28,386 bases of DNA from Promethearchaeota archaeon (GCA_016926735.1 JAFGOA010000234.1:1-28386), one strand, 5' to 3'. Shown: positions 8,413 through 18,362, counted from the stretch's first letter. A program made the numbers and translations. The notes: generated from the sequence alone by a model not told the origin.

Positions 8413-9162
8413 ATGATACCTAATCCTAAAGATTTTGGAATCAAACAAAATCATCTTTATGAAACTTTAGTTACAACAATTGAATATAATGAAAAAAAAG
8501 ATAAAATGATTCCAAATACATCTAGTATTGGAGTTACATTATCCTCAGAGAATTCATTTTTAATAAAGTTGTTCCATAATACAAAAACGTATGATAACTT
8601 GATAAAAAATAATTATTTGTGTATCAATTTTATCAGTGATGTATATTTATTTGCTTTAGCATCATTAAAAATCCAGAATTCATCAATTCGAAATAAATCC
8701 TTTCCTGAAATATACTATGATTATCTAAATATTTCAGATAATAACCTAATTAGAAGTAATTTTCAGAATACATTCAATCGTAATATAAATCGTCTACCTT
8801 TCATTAATAAATCATGGTTAATTTTTATTTGCAAATTAGATGTAGAGAAAAAGAAAAATCAACAAGATATTTTAGGAGATTTTCTTATCTCAGAAATAAA
8901 GGTTAAAATTCTTTTTCATAGAAAGTTTCAAGAGTCATTTAAACTTTTTGATCGATCAGAAAATATTGTATTAGAATCTATAATCTTAGCAACAAGGCTT
9001 AAAGTTGCTTATGAAAAGGAAAATAAAGAATTGTTATCAAAAATTTATAATGAGATTATAGAAAATAAGGAAAAAGTATTGAAAATAACTAAGAATAAAC
9101 ATATTTTAAAGATTTTTAATAAAATTATGTTATATATTGAAAGATTTGTCAATCATGATTGA
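8413..9162 (+). CDS. DUF447-family protein (FMN-binding split-barrel-like)
   Basis: YETLVTT…PNTSSIGV…LFHNTKTYDNL…INF and R…VLESIILATRL; methanopterin gene context. Confidence 0.75.
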   Translation: MIPNPKDFGIKQNHLYETLVTTIEYNEKKDKMIPNTSSIGVTLSSENSFLIKLFHNTKTYDNLIKNNYLCINFISDVYLFALASLKIQNSSIRNKSFPEIYYDYLNISDNNLIRSNFQNTFNRNINRLPFINKSWLIFICKLDVEKKKNQQDILGDFLISEIKVKILFHRKFQESFKLFDRSENIVLESIILATRLKVAYEKENKELLSKIYNEIIENKEKVLKITKNKHILKIFNKIMLYIERFVNHD

Positions 9163-9548
9163 TTTTCAATAATTTTTTCAATATACATCAAGGGATAATC
9201 CAAATGTTCAATCCATTCAATTTTTGCTAAGATTTCAATAGATTCAAAAGACAAAGTTAGCTCCGCTTCGATAATTTTACCGGTGATTTCATCATAATCG
9301 AATTCATGAGATTTATTTTTCATAATTTTATTTTTATTTAATCTAATTTTCACATTTTTGACATATGGTTGGCATGATATTGCTGACTCAATACCCTTTT
9401 CAATAGATGAGATAATATTATCATCAGATGATATAGGAATCCCACATAAAATATGATAAAGAGCTCCAAGTTTTATCCCTGATTCAAAACAAGCTCTTTC
9501 TCTTTTATTCAGATCCTTTGCAAAAAGATCATTTATATTTTTACTCAT
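9153..9548 (-). CDS. mptD: archaeal dihydroneopterin aldolase
   Basis: RERACFESGIKLGALYH…G-P…IESAISCQPYV…LDYPLMYI. Confidence 0.85.
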   Translation of the reverse strand: MSKNINDLFAKDLNKRERACFESGIKLGALYHILCGIPISSDDNIISSIEKGIESAISCQPYVKNVKIRLNKNKIMKNKSHEFDYDEITGKIIEAELTLSFESIEILAKIEWIEHLDYPLMYIEKIIENQS

Positions 9549-9558
9549 TATTTTTCAC

Positions 9559-10563
9559 CTATTCGATAATTTCATATTTTGCTCCTGTATTATTTGGTTC
9601 AGATATATAATAATGACCGCCAATATCTTTTAGATGTTCTTTAACTGCATGTAACATCTTTTTAGCTTGAGAATTAGAATCAACAATAACTATAACACTA
9701 GGACCAAAAGAACTCATCCCATATGCTTTTGCTCCGTAACTATCTATAAATTTTAAAAGATTTTTCACAATTTCATTTTGTAATTGTATTTCAATTTTTT
9801 TAAAACCTATCGATTGAATGCATTTTAAACCTTCTCCAAAACATTCTAAATCATTCTTAATAAGACCAGGAATAATTTTCATCAGTATTTGATGAGAAAC
9901 TTCATTAACTTCTTGTTTAGGAATGGGGGTATATTTTTTAAATACAGATACTTCTTCATCTCCATAAACTCCTTTTTTTACATTAGGGATTATTAGAACA
10001 AATCTCCAATTTTCAGGAATTTTATATTGGAGAATTGTTAAAGCTGGATCTGCCGAACTTGAAGCAGAAGAGGGAAGAAAACTCTCTTTTTCTTTTCCAA
10101 TACCAAAATCATGACCAGCATCTAAAATAAATCCCCCTGAAAAGAATCCTTTCCAACCAATTCCTGAGGTTCCACCTCTTTCTACTATTTTGGTTAATTC
10201 TCTTTGGTTTATTTCGAGATTTTTGAGTTTAGAAATTGAAGTTGCTACTGCTAAACTAAGTTGAGTTTTAGATCCTAATCCTACATGAGAAGGGTAATAT
10301 TGTTTGAGATTAAAATAGAAATTTTTATTATTAATATAATATTTTTTAAAAACTTTGGAGGCTTTTTCATTTATAATATCGATTGATTCTCGATAATATT
10401 TATGGGCTTCAATTTTAAATTCAGTAGCCGAATTTGAAGCTTCAAATATCACATTAGGTTGATCAAGCATTAATCCAATTCCACCATCTACTCGACCAGT
10501 ATAACCATTCTCATCAATAAGAGATAAATGAATTCTACAAGGTGTTGTTATTCTTATTTTCAA
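9559..10563 (-). CDS. mptG: beta-ribofuranosylaminobenzene 5'-phosphate (RFAP) synthase, GHMP kinase fold
   Basis: TPCRIHLSLID…GRVDGGIG, PSHVGLGSKTQL, RGGTSGIG, GGFILDAGH, FLPSSAS, GMSSFGP. Confidence 0.92.
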   Translation of the reverse strand: MKIRITTPCRIHLSLIDENGYTGRVDGGIGLMLDQPNVIFEASNSATEFKIEAHKYYRESIDIINEKASKVFKKYYINNKNFYFNLKQYYPSHVGLGSKTQLSLAVATSISKLKNLEINQRELTKIVERGGTSGIGWKGFFSGGFILDAGHDFGIGKEKESFLPSSASSSADPALTILQYKIPENWRFVLIIPNVKKGVYGDEEVSVFKKYTPIPKQEVNEVSHQILMKIIPGLIKNDLECFGEGLKCIQSIGFKKIEIQLQNEIVKNLLKFIDSYGAKAYGMSSFGPSVIVIVDSNSQAKKMLHAVKEHLKDIGGHYYISEPNNTGAKYEIIE

Positions 10564-10691
10564 AATTAAACATTTTTTAAATTAAATTATATTTAAATTT
10601 CATATAGCTGTTCTTCTAAATTCTTAAAAATATATAAATACTGATAAAATGAATAAATAGGATAAAAAAAGAAAATAAAGATATCATTAAT

Positions 10692-11099
10692 CTAAACTAA
10701 AGCTTTTATTAAAGCAGTATAATCTCTTAGAGATATTTGAGTTGCTCCTTTAGATCCACCAATATGAGTAAACCATTTATCTTTATTTTTGATAAATTTA
10801 AGTTTATGAACAAGTTCTTTAAAATCAATAGTTTCATCAAAAAATTCTATTTCATTAATTTTAAATCTAAAACGATAATCTTTATCTATAAATAATTGAT
10901 CATATTCTTCAAATTTCTCCTCTACATTATAAAGAGCATTTATTTTTGAAATTCCATTTATATATACTAGTATTTTATCATTAGGCATGATTTTATTGAA
11001 GGTCTTTTGATTATCTGTTCCAATGATATTTTTCGATTTTATAATTTTCCAGTTTTCCTTACTGACAATAAATAAAAAATAATTTACATTTTTTAACAT
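10692..11099 (-). CDS. EVE/PUA-like domain protein
   Basis: YFLFIVSKENW…G…KIMPNDKILVY…Y-FR…IDFKELVHKLKFIKNKDKW…ISLRDY; ATG at 11099 preferred over 11150. Confidence 0.75.
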   Translation of the reverse strand: MLKNVNYFLFIVSKENWKIIKSKNIIGTDNQKTFNKIMPNDKILVYINGISKINALYNVEEKFEEYDQLFIDKDYRFRFKINEIEFFDETIDFKELVHKLKFIKNKDKWFTHIGGSKGATQISLRDYTALIKALV

Positions 11100-11378
11100 A
11101 AAAATATACACCATTAGTTTCTGCTTATTAATTAAAATAAATAATAACATATATTTTTTATTCTTATATCTTAAAAAGTTCCAAATTTTGCTAAATTATA
11201 ACATTTTTTCATGATTCTTTATTTAATTAAACGATTTTCTAACGAAAGTATTAAATAAATTATAATCTATATTATAGATATTTGTAACAAATAATAAGGC
11301 TTTATTCAAAAAAGTTTAAAAGAAATTGTTAATAGAAAAAAAGATATATCTGTATTTTTATAGAGTGAGTATATATAA

Positions 11379-11756
11379 ATGGTCTCAATATTTATTGTTG
11401 AAGATGATGAATCTTTAAGTATTTTGTATAAAAAAGCTTTAATCTTAAATGGATATGATGTTATAGCTTTAGCAAAAAATGGACAAGAAGCGGTGAATAT
11501 ATTCAAAGAACTCCAAAACAAGCCAGATATTATTTTGATGGATCATAGGATGCCAATAAAAAATGGTTTAGAAGCTACAAAAGAGATTTTAAAAATTAAT
11601 AACAATTCTAAGATCATTTTTGCTAGTGCAGACTCAAGTATTAAAGAGGAAGCGATTTCAATAGGAGCTATTAGTTTTAAAAATAAACCTTTTACGCTTA
11701 ATAAATTAATACAGAATATTGAAAAAGTACTAAATCTTGATAATATGAAGATTTAA
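11379..11756 (+). CDS. single-domain response regulator (CheY-like receiver)
   Basis: IVEDD, PDIILMDHRMPIKNG (phospho-Asp), IIFASA, KPF. Confidence 0.93.
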   Translation: MVSIFIVEDDESLSILYKKALILNGYDVIALAKNGQEAVNIFKELQNKPDIILMDHRMPIKNGLEATKEILKINNNSKIIFASADSSIKEEAISIGAISFKNKPFTLNKLIQNIEKVLNLDNMKI

Positions 11757-11935
11757 AAAAAAATTACTTTTAATCAGAATCAAGTTAATAAATCAAAAGG
11801 ATAAATTACAAATTATCTCTGTCTTATTTTCTTTTATAAATTATTATACTTTTTCATAAATTATTGATAATATATAAAATGAAATAAATCAATTTATAAA
11901 AGATTTATAATAAAAATTAACTAAAGGTTTTATTT

Positions 11936-13362
11936 TTGAGTGATTTAGAAGGATTAACAAGAAAATTATTGGAAAAAGGATATTCAAAAGAAAAAATTAT
12001 TAAAAGATTAGTTAAAGAATATCTCGATTTTAAAGATATAGAAAAACATTTAGCATATATTTACGCTAACGCTATTTATGAAGAATGCGAAAAGAGTGAT
12101 ATATCACAAGTTTCAGATCTTTTTATTAAAGATTTATTAGAGATACCTGAGGCAAAGATAAGTACAGGAAAACAAGGACTAGGATGTAGAGGAGCAGGGG
12201 ATTTTTTTGTTCATAAATTACTTGGTAAAATATCTAAAACTAACGAAATACCATTGCTTGCCCCAAGTGCTTTGGATGATGCTGGAGCGGTGCGAATAAG
12301 AGATATAAAAGGATATAAAAAAAAGGGGGAGATAAATAATAATCTAATAATAGTTTCAAAAATGGAAGGTATACATTCAAGACTCAGTGATTTTCCTTTT
12401 TTATGTGGTTTTCACGTAATTTAATGTAATTTTCTTACATAAACGTATCGAGAGCCACGTTAAGAGACTTGTATGTGAAAGGAGCAAAGCCAATTTCTAT
12501 TATGGTGGATATTCATTTAGGAGATGACGCAGATATTGGAAAATTGTTTGATTTTATGGCGGGCATCACTACAATTTGCCAACTTGCGAATGTACCTTTA
12601 ACCACAGGATCAACTCTAAGGATAGGGGGAGATATGGTAATTGGAAATAGAATTACTGGAGGAATTGGAGGGATAGGAATAACAAATAACGAGTTATATG
12701 CAAGGAGAAATATAAAATTAGGGGATAAAATATTAATGACAGAAGGAGCTGGAGGAGGCACAATATCAACCACAGCTATTTATTCGGGACATCATGAAAT
12801 AGTAAAAGAAACTATGAATATCAAATTCTTAGAAGCATGTGAAGTTTTATTAAATTCTGATTATAAAAACAAAATTCATACTATGTGTGATATCACTAAT
12901 GGAGGATTACGAGGAGATCTTTATGAAATAAATTATGAAGCGGATTGTGGAGTTACTGTTAATGAAAAATATATCAAAGATCTTGTAAATCCTGTTGTAT
13001 TAAAACTATTAGAAACCTTAGAAATTGATTATTTAGGAGTTTCACTTGATTCTTTATTAATTTATTGTTATCCAGAAGATTCTGAAGGGATTATTGAATT
13101 ATTAAATAAGTATAAGATAAAATGTAATGAAATAGGATATGTTGATAATTCTAAAACAGTTTCAATTATTTTTGAAGGTAAAGTATCAAAAGATTTTTTA
13201 CCAAAGTTTAGAGAGTCAGCATATACAAAAATTAAAAAAGAGATAGGGGAAGAAACTCCAAAAACAAAAGAAAAAATGGAAGAAAAGATAAATAATGCTG
13301 CTGATAAGGCTTTAGAAAAGCGTAATAAAATTATTAATTTTATAAAAAATTTTAATAATTAA
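11936..13362 (+). CDS. AIR synthase-related protein (PurM/HypE/ThiL/SelD superfamily); two exons 11936-12419 and 12449-13362, 465 aa when joined
   Basis: GCRGAGDFFVH, DDAGAV, EGIHSRLS, RDLYVKGAKP, GSTLRIGGD, TEGAGGGT, DITNGGLRGD. The two track ORFs are halves of one protein; removing 29 nt gives 1398 nt (466 codons) in frame. Confidence 0.88.
12420..12448 (+). other. 29-nt bulge-helix-bulge intron in a protein-coding gene
   Basis: 11-bp exon-exon helix 12403-12413/12450-12460; 4-bp central helix ACGT 12414-12417/ACGT 12443-12446; 3-nt bulges 12418-12420 and 12447-12449; intron hairpin ATGTAA-TTTTC-TTACAT; in-frame TAA at 12422. Confidence 0.85.
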
Positions 13363-13383
13363 AGATAATATTTGTATTCATAG

Positions 13384-14058
13384 ATGTTTTGCGATTTTTG
13401 TGGAAATCAAATCACACTTGGAACTAGATTTTGCGACAAATGTGGAAGAAGAGTAAGTTCAGTATCCTCTCAACGAGAGGGAATAGAATTAAAAGAGCAA
13501 ATTTTTGAACCAAATACATATCAAAGTTCTATTTTTGAAACTGAAAACAGTTTATATATTTTTGATATGAAAGATAATATAATTTATAATGAAAAAAATG
13601 AGAGTATTGGCAAATTTGGAATTAGAGATGCTTCTCTTAATCTAATTGGTGAAATTTATGATGAAAAAGAAGGATTGGTCATTAAAATATCTCCAATACT
13701 ATTATCAATTTCAAAATCATACAAAATAGCGGATGTAAATGGTAATATTATTGCTAAAATAAAGAAAACACCTTTTTCAACTTCTTTAATGCAATTTTTT
13801 ATAGAATCTCCTTATAAAGAGAAATGGTTTGGAATTTATAGAACAAAATCTTTTACATATAAAGTTAAGAGCTATGTTTTGAATAATCAGATTGTTGCAG
13901 AATTTGGCCATCTAAACAATTTTAAAGAATTGATATTAGATTCAAAAAATAAAAATTCTAGATACAATTATTTGTTAAAAATAATTGATTCTAAAGTTGA
14001 TCGAGCTATATTAATAAGTACATTTTTAGTAAATTATTTATATTTTCATAATAGCTAA
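13384..14058 (+). CDS. zinc-ribbon protein with LURP-one/scramblase (tubby-C)-like domain
   Basis: N-terminal FCDFCG…FCDKCG; beta-rich repeats such as YKIADVNGNIIAKIKK; terminal DRAILISTFL helix. Confidence 0.6.
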   Translation: MFCDFCGNQITLGTRFCDKCGRRVSSVSSQREGIELKEQIFEPNTYQSSIFETENSLYIFDMKDNIIYNEKNESIGKFGIRDASLNLIGEIYDEKEGLVIKISPILLSISKSYKIADVNGNIIAKIKKTPFSTSLMQFFIESPYKEKWFGIYRTKSFTYKVKSYVLNNQIVAEFGHLNNFKELILDSKNKNSRYNYLLKIIDSKVDRAILISTFLVNYLYFHNS

Positions 14059-14105
14059 CTAATTTTTTGAAACAGTATTTAAATTAACGAAATTATTAAT
14101 CTAAA

Positions 14106-14822
14106 TTATTTTAATTTAATCTCGTTATATATCATTATATTAATTGAAAGAAGCCATATACATAAGGATAAAAACATCATCCATTCTAAAAACGGTCTTG
14201 ATAAGAATTCAGGATTAATAATAAATAAAATTCCAAAAGTAGGCGTACTACATATCATAAATAATCCAATCATACGATAAAATATTGTTTTTTTTAACAA
14301 TATAACAATACCTATGAAATAGGCTGTAAAGGAAAATGAACCAAATACAACATAAGAAAATAATAAATGGAGTCCCAACTCTGTTGTTCTATCTTCACTA
14401 AATAATCCAATACCAAATAATCCAATAGCAGAAAGTAAGAGAAAAAAATATCCTATTATTACTAATATTCTCATTATAAAATGAAATATTTTCCAATAAA
14501 ATTTTTCAATTTCTTCGGGTTTTCGAAAAATAATTTTAGCAAGATATGTAAATACAGGGATAAGAACAATAGCTGTAATCATTGCACTAACATCTAAAAA
14601 ATAAGGTGTGGGAGTATAATCTTTTGATCCTAGATCAGAAATATAATTATCCCATATATTATAGCTTTCAGGTCCAAAAAAAAATGCTATAATTATACCA
14701 AAAATTAATCCAAACAGAAATATAGAAGGTGAAAGAATAACACAAAATTTAACTATCTTTGTATTTGTTAATCGTATGTTTATTTGATGAATAAAGCTAA
14801 AAAATTGATTATTTTTATCCAT
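14106..14822 (-). CDS. DUF998/Frag1-like membrane protein
   Basis: YNIWDNYISDLG, GIGLFSED…LH, PFLEW; about six TM segments. Confidence 0.75.
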   Translation of the reverse strand: MDKNNQFFSFIHQINIRLTNTKIVKFCVILSPSIFLFGLIFGIIIAFFFGPESYNIWDNYISDLGSKDYTPTPYFLDVSAMITAIVLIPVFTYLAKIIFRKPEEIEKFYWKIFHFIMRILVIIGYFFLLLSAIGLFGIGLFSEDRTTELGLHLLFSYVVFGSFSFTAYFIGIVILLKKTIFYRMIGLFMICSTPTFGILFIINPEFLSRPFLEWMMFLSLCIWLLSINIMIYNEIKLK

Positions 14823-14982
14823 ATATTTAATTTTTCTTTTTTCTTTTTAATTGATTCATTAATAGTTTTTTATAATAAAATAATAACAATATAAAAATGT
14901 AGACATAAAGAAAGATAATACTAAAAAATAATAAAATAGTTACACTCTGAATAATTTTAAAATAATATATATGCAATAGAAT

Positions 14983-15855
14983 TTAGATACTAGCGAATAT
15001 AAAAGCAACTAATCCTAAGAAAGCTCCAATTTTCAATAACAAGCTAATTCTTCTGAATTCGTGATTTTCTAACTTACTTATTAAAGAAAAGAATGTTGCA
15101 ATGATAACAATGACCAAACCAAAACTCATAGTAATTGAGAATAGAAAATGATTGATAATATTGGTAAAAATTGGTAAAATAAAGAAGATAATAGCAAGAA
15201 TATCAAATATTATTGAAATATACAGTGCAGATTTAGTATTTGTCAGAATTGCTAAGGTTTTTACCCCTTCTTTCTTATCTCCTTCTATATCTTCATATCC
15301 CTTAACAACTTCTCTTGCTAAAAGTAAAAAAAAGGAAGTTAGAAAGAAATAAAATATATAGATAGGAATTGAAGAGCTATTTAGAACTGCACCATATATT
15401 AAACCAATTGAAAAAGAGAGACTAACTATTATATTTCCTGGAAAACCACTTTTTTTCCCCCAAGCAGCATATAACCATCCAATACATCCAAATAATACAG
15501 CAATGATAACATTTAAAATACCTAGATTTATTAATATACTGTTTATTATTGCTATAATTATACCGCCTAAAAAAGTTGATACAAATAGAATTTTAGCTTG
15601 TGTTAATGTGATATCTCCTCTAGGTATTGGACGATTGGGTCTATTAATAAGATCTATATCCAAATCGTATATATCATTTATTATCATTCCAGATCCTGCA
15701 ATTAGAAAATATGTAATAGAACCAAGAATTAAATTGGTGATTAAATCAATAAAAGGAACCCCTTTTTTGGTGTTCATTAATCCAATAATAACAGTCAAAC
15801 AACCAATTAAATCATTAATAGGACGGTTAATTTCTAAAGCAGCTTTAATTTTCAT
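14983..15855 (-). CDS. digeranylgeranylglyceryl phosphate synthase (UbiA family)
   Basis: INDIYDLDIDLINRPNRPIPRG and REVVKGYEDIEGDKKEGVKTLA; adjacent to GGGP synthase. Confidence 0.92.
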   Translation of the reverse strand: MKIKAALEINRPINDLIGCLTVIIGLMNTKKGVPFIDLITNLILGSITYFLIAGSGMIINDIYDLDIDLINRPNRPIPRGDITLTQAKILFVSTFLGGIIIAIINSILINLGILNVIIAVLFGCIGWLYAAWGKKSGFPGNIIVSLSFSIGLIYGAVLNSSSIPIYIFYFFLTSFFLLLAREVVKGYEDIEGDKKEGVKTLAILTNTKSALYISIIFDILAIIFFILPIFTNIINHFLFSITMSFGLVIVIIATFFSLISKLENHEFRRISLLLKIGAFLGLVAFIFASI

Positions 15856-15896
15856 TTTATCTTTTTTAGTTTTTAAAATATATTTTGTAATATAGT

Positions 15897-16715
15897 CTAT
15901 TTTATAAGATATGATTTTTTTTTTGTTTTTCCTACTTCTTTTATCTCATCAATAATAGCTTTTAAAGATTTTCCTTGATCTTCTAAAATGTTATCTTCAA
16001 TAAATGTTCCCATAACGATAATATCAGCACCTGCTTCAACAAATTGTCTCGCATCTTCTTTCGTAGTTACTCCACCACCAGCAATAATTGGAATAGAGAG
16101 AGCTTTGGATGCAAGTGAAATATGTTCTATGGGGATTCTTTGACCCCCTGATCCCGCTTCTAAATATACTAATTTAAAACCTAACATTTCTGCTGCTAAA
16201 GCATAGGCGGTTGTTAATTTGGGTCGTTTTCTTGGTAAAAGTCTTGCTTTTCCAATCCATCCTGCGATTGCTCCAGGTTCAATAATTAGATACGCCATAG
16301 ATATATAATCTAATCCCGTTGTTTTTATTGTATAAGAAGTTAATGCTTGTTGACCAATAATAAAATAAGGATCTTCTGAATTTAATAAAGACATAAAAAA
16401 AATAGCATCAGCTTTAGAAGAAATATTAGTTGCACCTCCAGGAAAAATAATAATTGGGATATTAACTTTTTTCTTAATCATATCTATAGTTGTATCCACA
16501 AAATTTTGATCAAAGATGGTACTACCTCCAATTAATATTGCATCACTTCCAGCTTCTTCCGCATACTTAGCCATATTTGCTGCTTTAATTGGGTTTTGTC
16601 TGGTTGGATCTGGATCAATCAAGGTGAAATGAAGAGCTCCATCTTGATTGATTTTTTCTATAAGATATCTATAGATAGATTGGTTTTTTTTTTGATTTAA
16701 TAACATATCCCCCAT
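15897..16715 (-). CDS. geranylgeranylglyceryl phosphate synthase (group II)
   Basis: HFTLIDPD, DAILIGGST, IIIFPG, FFMSLLNS, VYLEAGSG, GGG. Confidence 0.93.
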   Translation of the reverse strand: MGDMLLNQKKNQSIYRYLIEKINQDGALHFTLIDPDPTRQNPIKAANMAKYAEEAGSDAILIGGSTIFDQNFVDTTIDMIKKKVNIPIIIFPGGATNISSKADAIFFMSLLNSEDPYFIIGQQALTSYTIKTTGLDYISMAYLIIEPGAIAGWIGKARLLPRKRPKLTTAYALAAEMLGFKLVYLEAGSGGQRIPIEHISLASKALSIPIIAGGGVTTKEDARQFVEAGADIIVMGTFIEDNILEDQGKSLKAIIDEIKEVGKTKKKSYLIK

Positions 16716-16734
16716 TAAAAATCACTTCAAAATA

Positions 16735-18129
16735 TTATTTATTAATTTTTACATCCACAATCATTTTATGGATTTTATCATATACATTTTTTACTTCTTT
16801 TTTCCAATCTTCAAATTGATTATAACTTCTTGGAAAATTTTCATAAAGAATATATATATCATTCATTCTTAAACGAAGATAATTAAGATCTAAAAGTAAT
16901 TTTGGTCTTGAAATTCCTTTAAAAGCCTTGAAAGCCATATCCCATAAAGAAAGAGTGATTCCTCCTGTCTCCGCTATTTGCAATATTTCTGATGCTGTCA
17001 AAAGTTCCTTTCCTAAACCAAAGTTCAAATCAGTATTGCTTAATGTTTGAAGAACTCTTCTTAAAAGATCTAAAGCAGCAAATTCAGCTCCAAAATTAGT
17101 CATAACTTTAACATTATAATCCCATAATTTGTTTATAGAATAATCACCACTCTGAATAGCCCCAGCAGCAGTTATTGCTGCATAAAAGCCTGCTCTCATT
17201 GAAGGATCTATTCCACCCCCATGTAAAGGATTTACTTGAAGTGCAGCATCGCCAACAAAGATTATTCCATTAGCAATACATGACCATATAGGACGCCTTA
17301 CAGGACACACACCTCCGCCAGATGATTGGATTTCAATATTTGATGATTTTACATATTCTTTAAAAACATTTTCATGATAAAGTTCTTTAACTTTTCCTTT
17401 ATAATCCATAAAGACACCTATACCAATATTAAAAGAATATTTATTTTTAGGAAAATACCAAATATATCCTCCTGGAGCTTTGTCCTGATCTAAAATAATA
17501 GATATATATTCCAAATCTATTACATCTTGATCTTTAGCTGGAAAATTTATTATTTCTCTATAGCACAAAATCGCATCATCTTTTGAAAAATCTTTTTCAA
17601 TTTTATCAAATTTAATTTTTTTTCTTAAAGGGGAATTTAAACCGCTTGCATCAATTACAATTTTTGATTTTAGATCTATTTTTGTTCCATCTTTTAATTT
17701 AGCAGTTACTCCAATTACAGTATCATTATCATATATTAAATCTAAAACCATTGTTTCATCTAAAAATTGTTTAACACCTGCATTTAAAGCATCTTTTAAC
17801 AATCTTTGACCAAATTCTACTCTATCTACAATATATCCCGTTTGTCTAGGATCTATCATCGTAATACATTTAGATCTATCAGGAGAATACAGTTTCACCC
17901 CTTTAATTGTACAAGAGAGTTCTTTTCCACTTGGATGTTCAATTTTTAGGAAATCAAATACTTCTCTTCCTACAGCATCTCCACAAATTTTATTTCCTAT
18001 TTTTTTTCTTTGCTTTCGATCTATTAAACATACATTTAACCCATTTTTAGCAGCAAAACGTGCAGCAATCGCTCCACCTGTGCCTGCTCCCACAACAATA
18101 ACATCAAAAATATTTTCTAAATATGCCAT
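16735..18129 (-). CDS. geranylgeranyl reductase (digeranylgeranylglycerophospholipid reductase family)
   Basis: DVIVVGAGTGG, KICGDAV, IDASG, APGGYIWYFPK, VGDAA…VNPLHGGGI. Confidence 0.9.
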   Translation of the reverse strand: MAYLENIFDVIVVGAGTGGAIAARFAAKNGLNVCLIDRKQRKKIGNKICGDAVGREVFDFLKIEHPSGKELSCTIKGVKLYSPDRSKCITMIDPRQTGYIVDRVEFGQRLLKDALNAGVKQFLDETMVLDLIYDNDTVIGVTAKLKDGTKIDLKSKIVIDASGLNSPLRKKIKFDKIEKDFSKDDAILCYREIINFPAKDQDVIDLEYISIILDQDKAPGGYIWYFPKNKYSFNIGIGVFMDYKGKVKELYHENVFKEYVKSSNIEIQSSGGGVCPVRRPIWSCIANGIIFVGDAALQVNPLHGGGIDPSMRAGFYAAITAAGAIQSGDYSINKLWDYNVKVMTNFGAEFAALDLLRRVLQTLSNTDLNFGLGKELLTASEILQIAETGGITLSLWDMAFKAFKGISRPKLLLDLNYLRLRMNDIYILYENFPRSYNQFEDWKKEVKNVYDKIHKMIVDVKINK

Positions 18130-18362
18130 TTTTATACCTATATCTTCATTATTTTATCAAAAGTATCATAAGAGATAAAAATTACCTTATATTCCAATAT
18201 TGTATATTTAAATATTCAATAAGTAATAAATTAGTATATTGATACTTCTCAAAACTATTGTACTGAAAAAAATGGGATATTATTTAATATTAATCACATT
18301 TTATCGAATATTACAAATAAGATATCAGAAATTTATAAAAAGAAAGGAAAGGAGATGGTTTT

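Noticed and set aside
12414-12447. Ribosomal bypassing (GUA take-off, stop, hairpin, GUA landing 29 nt later) or an ACGTA target-site duplication
   Set aside because: The repeat is explained by the self-complementary ACGU central helix, and the full BHB geometry with an exon-exon stem is much more specific. Not formally excluded: bypassing would give HVSR and no spliced RNA, splicing gives HVTR.
11936-13362. Two separate genes or a pseudogene
   Set aside because: The break falls inside one continuous motif, both halves are otherwise intact, and RATLRD is encoded upstream of the second ORF's TTG.
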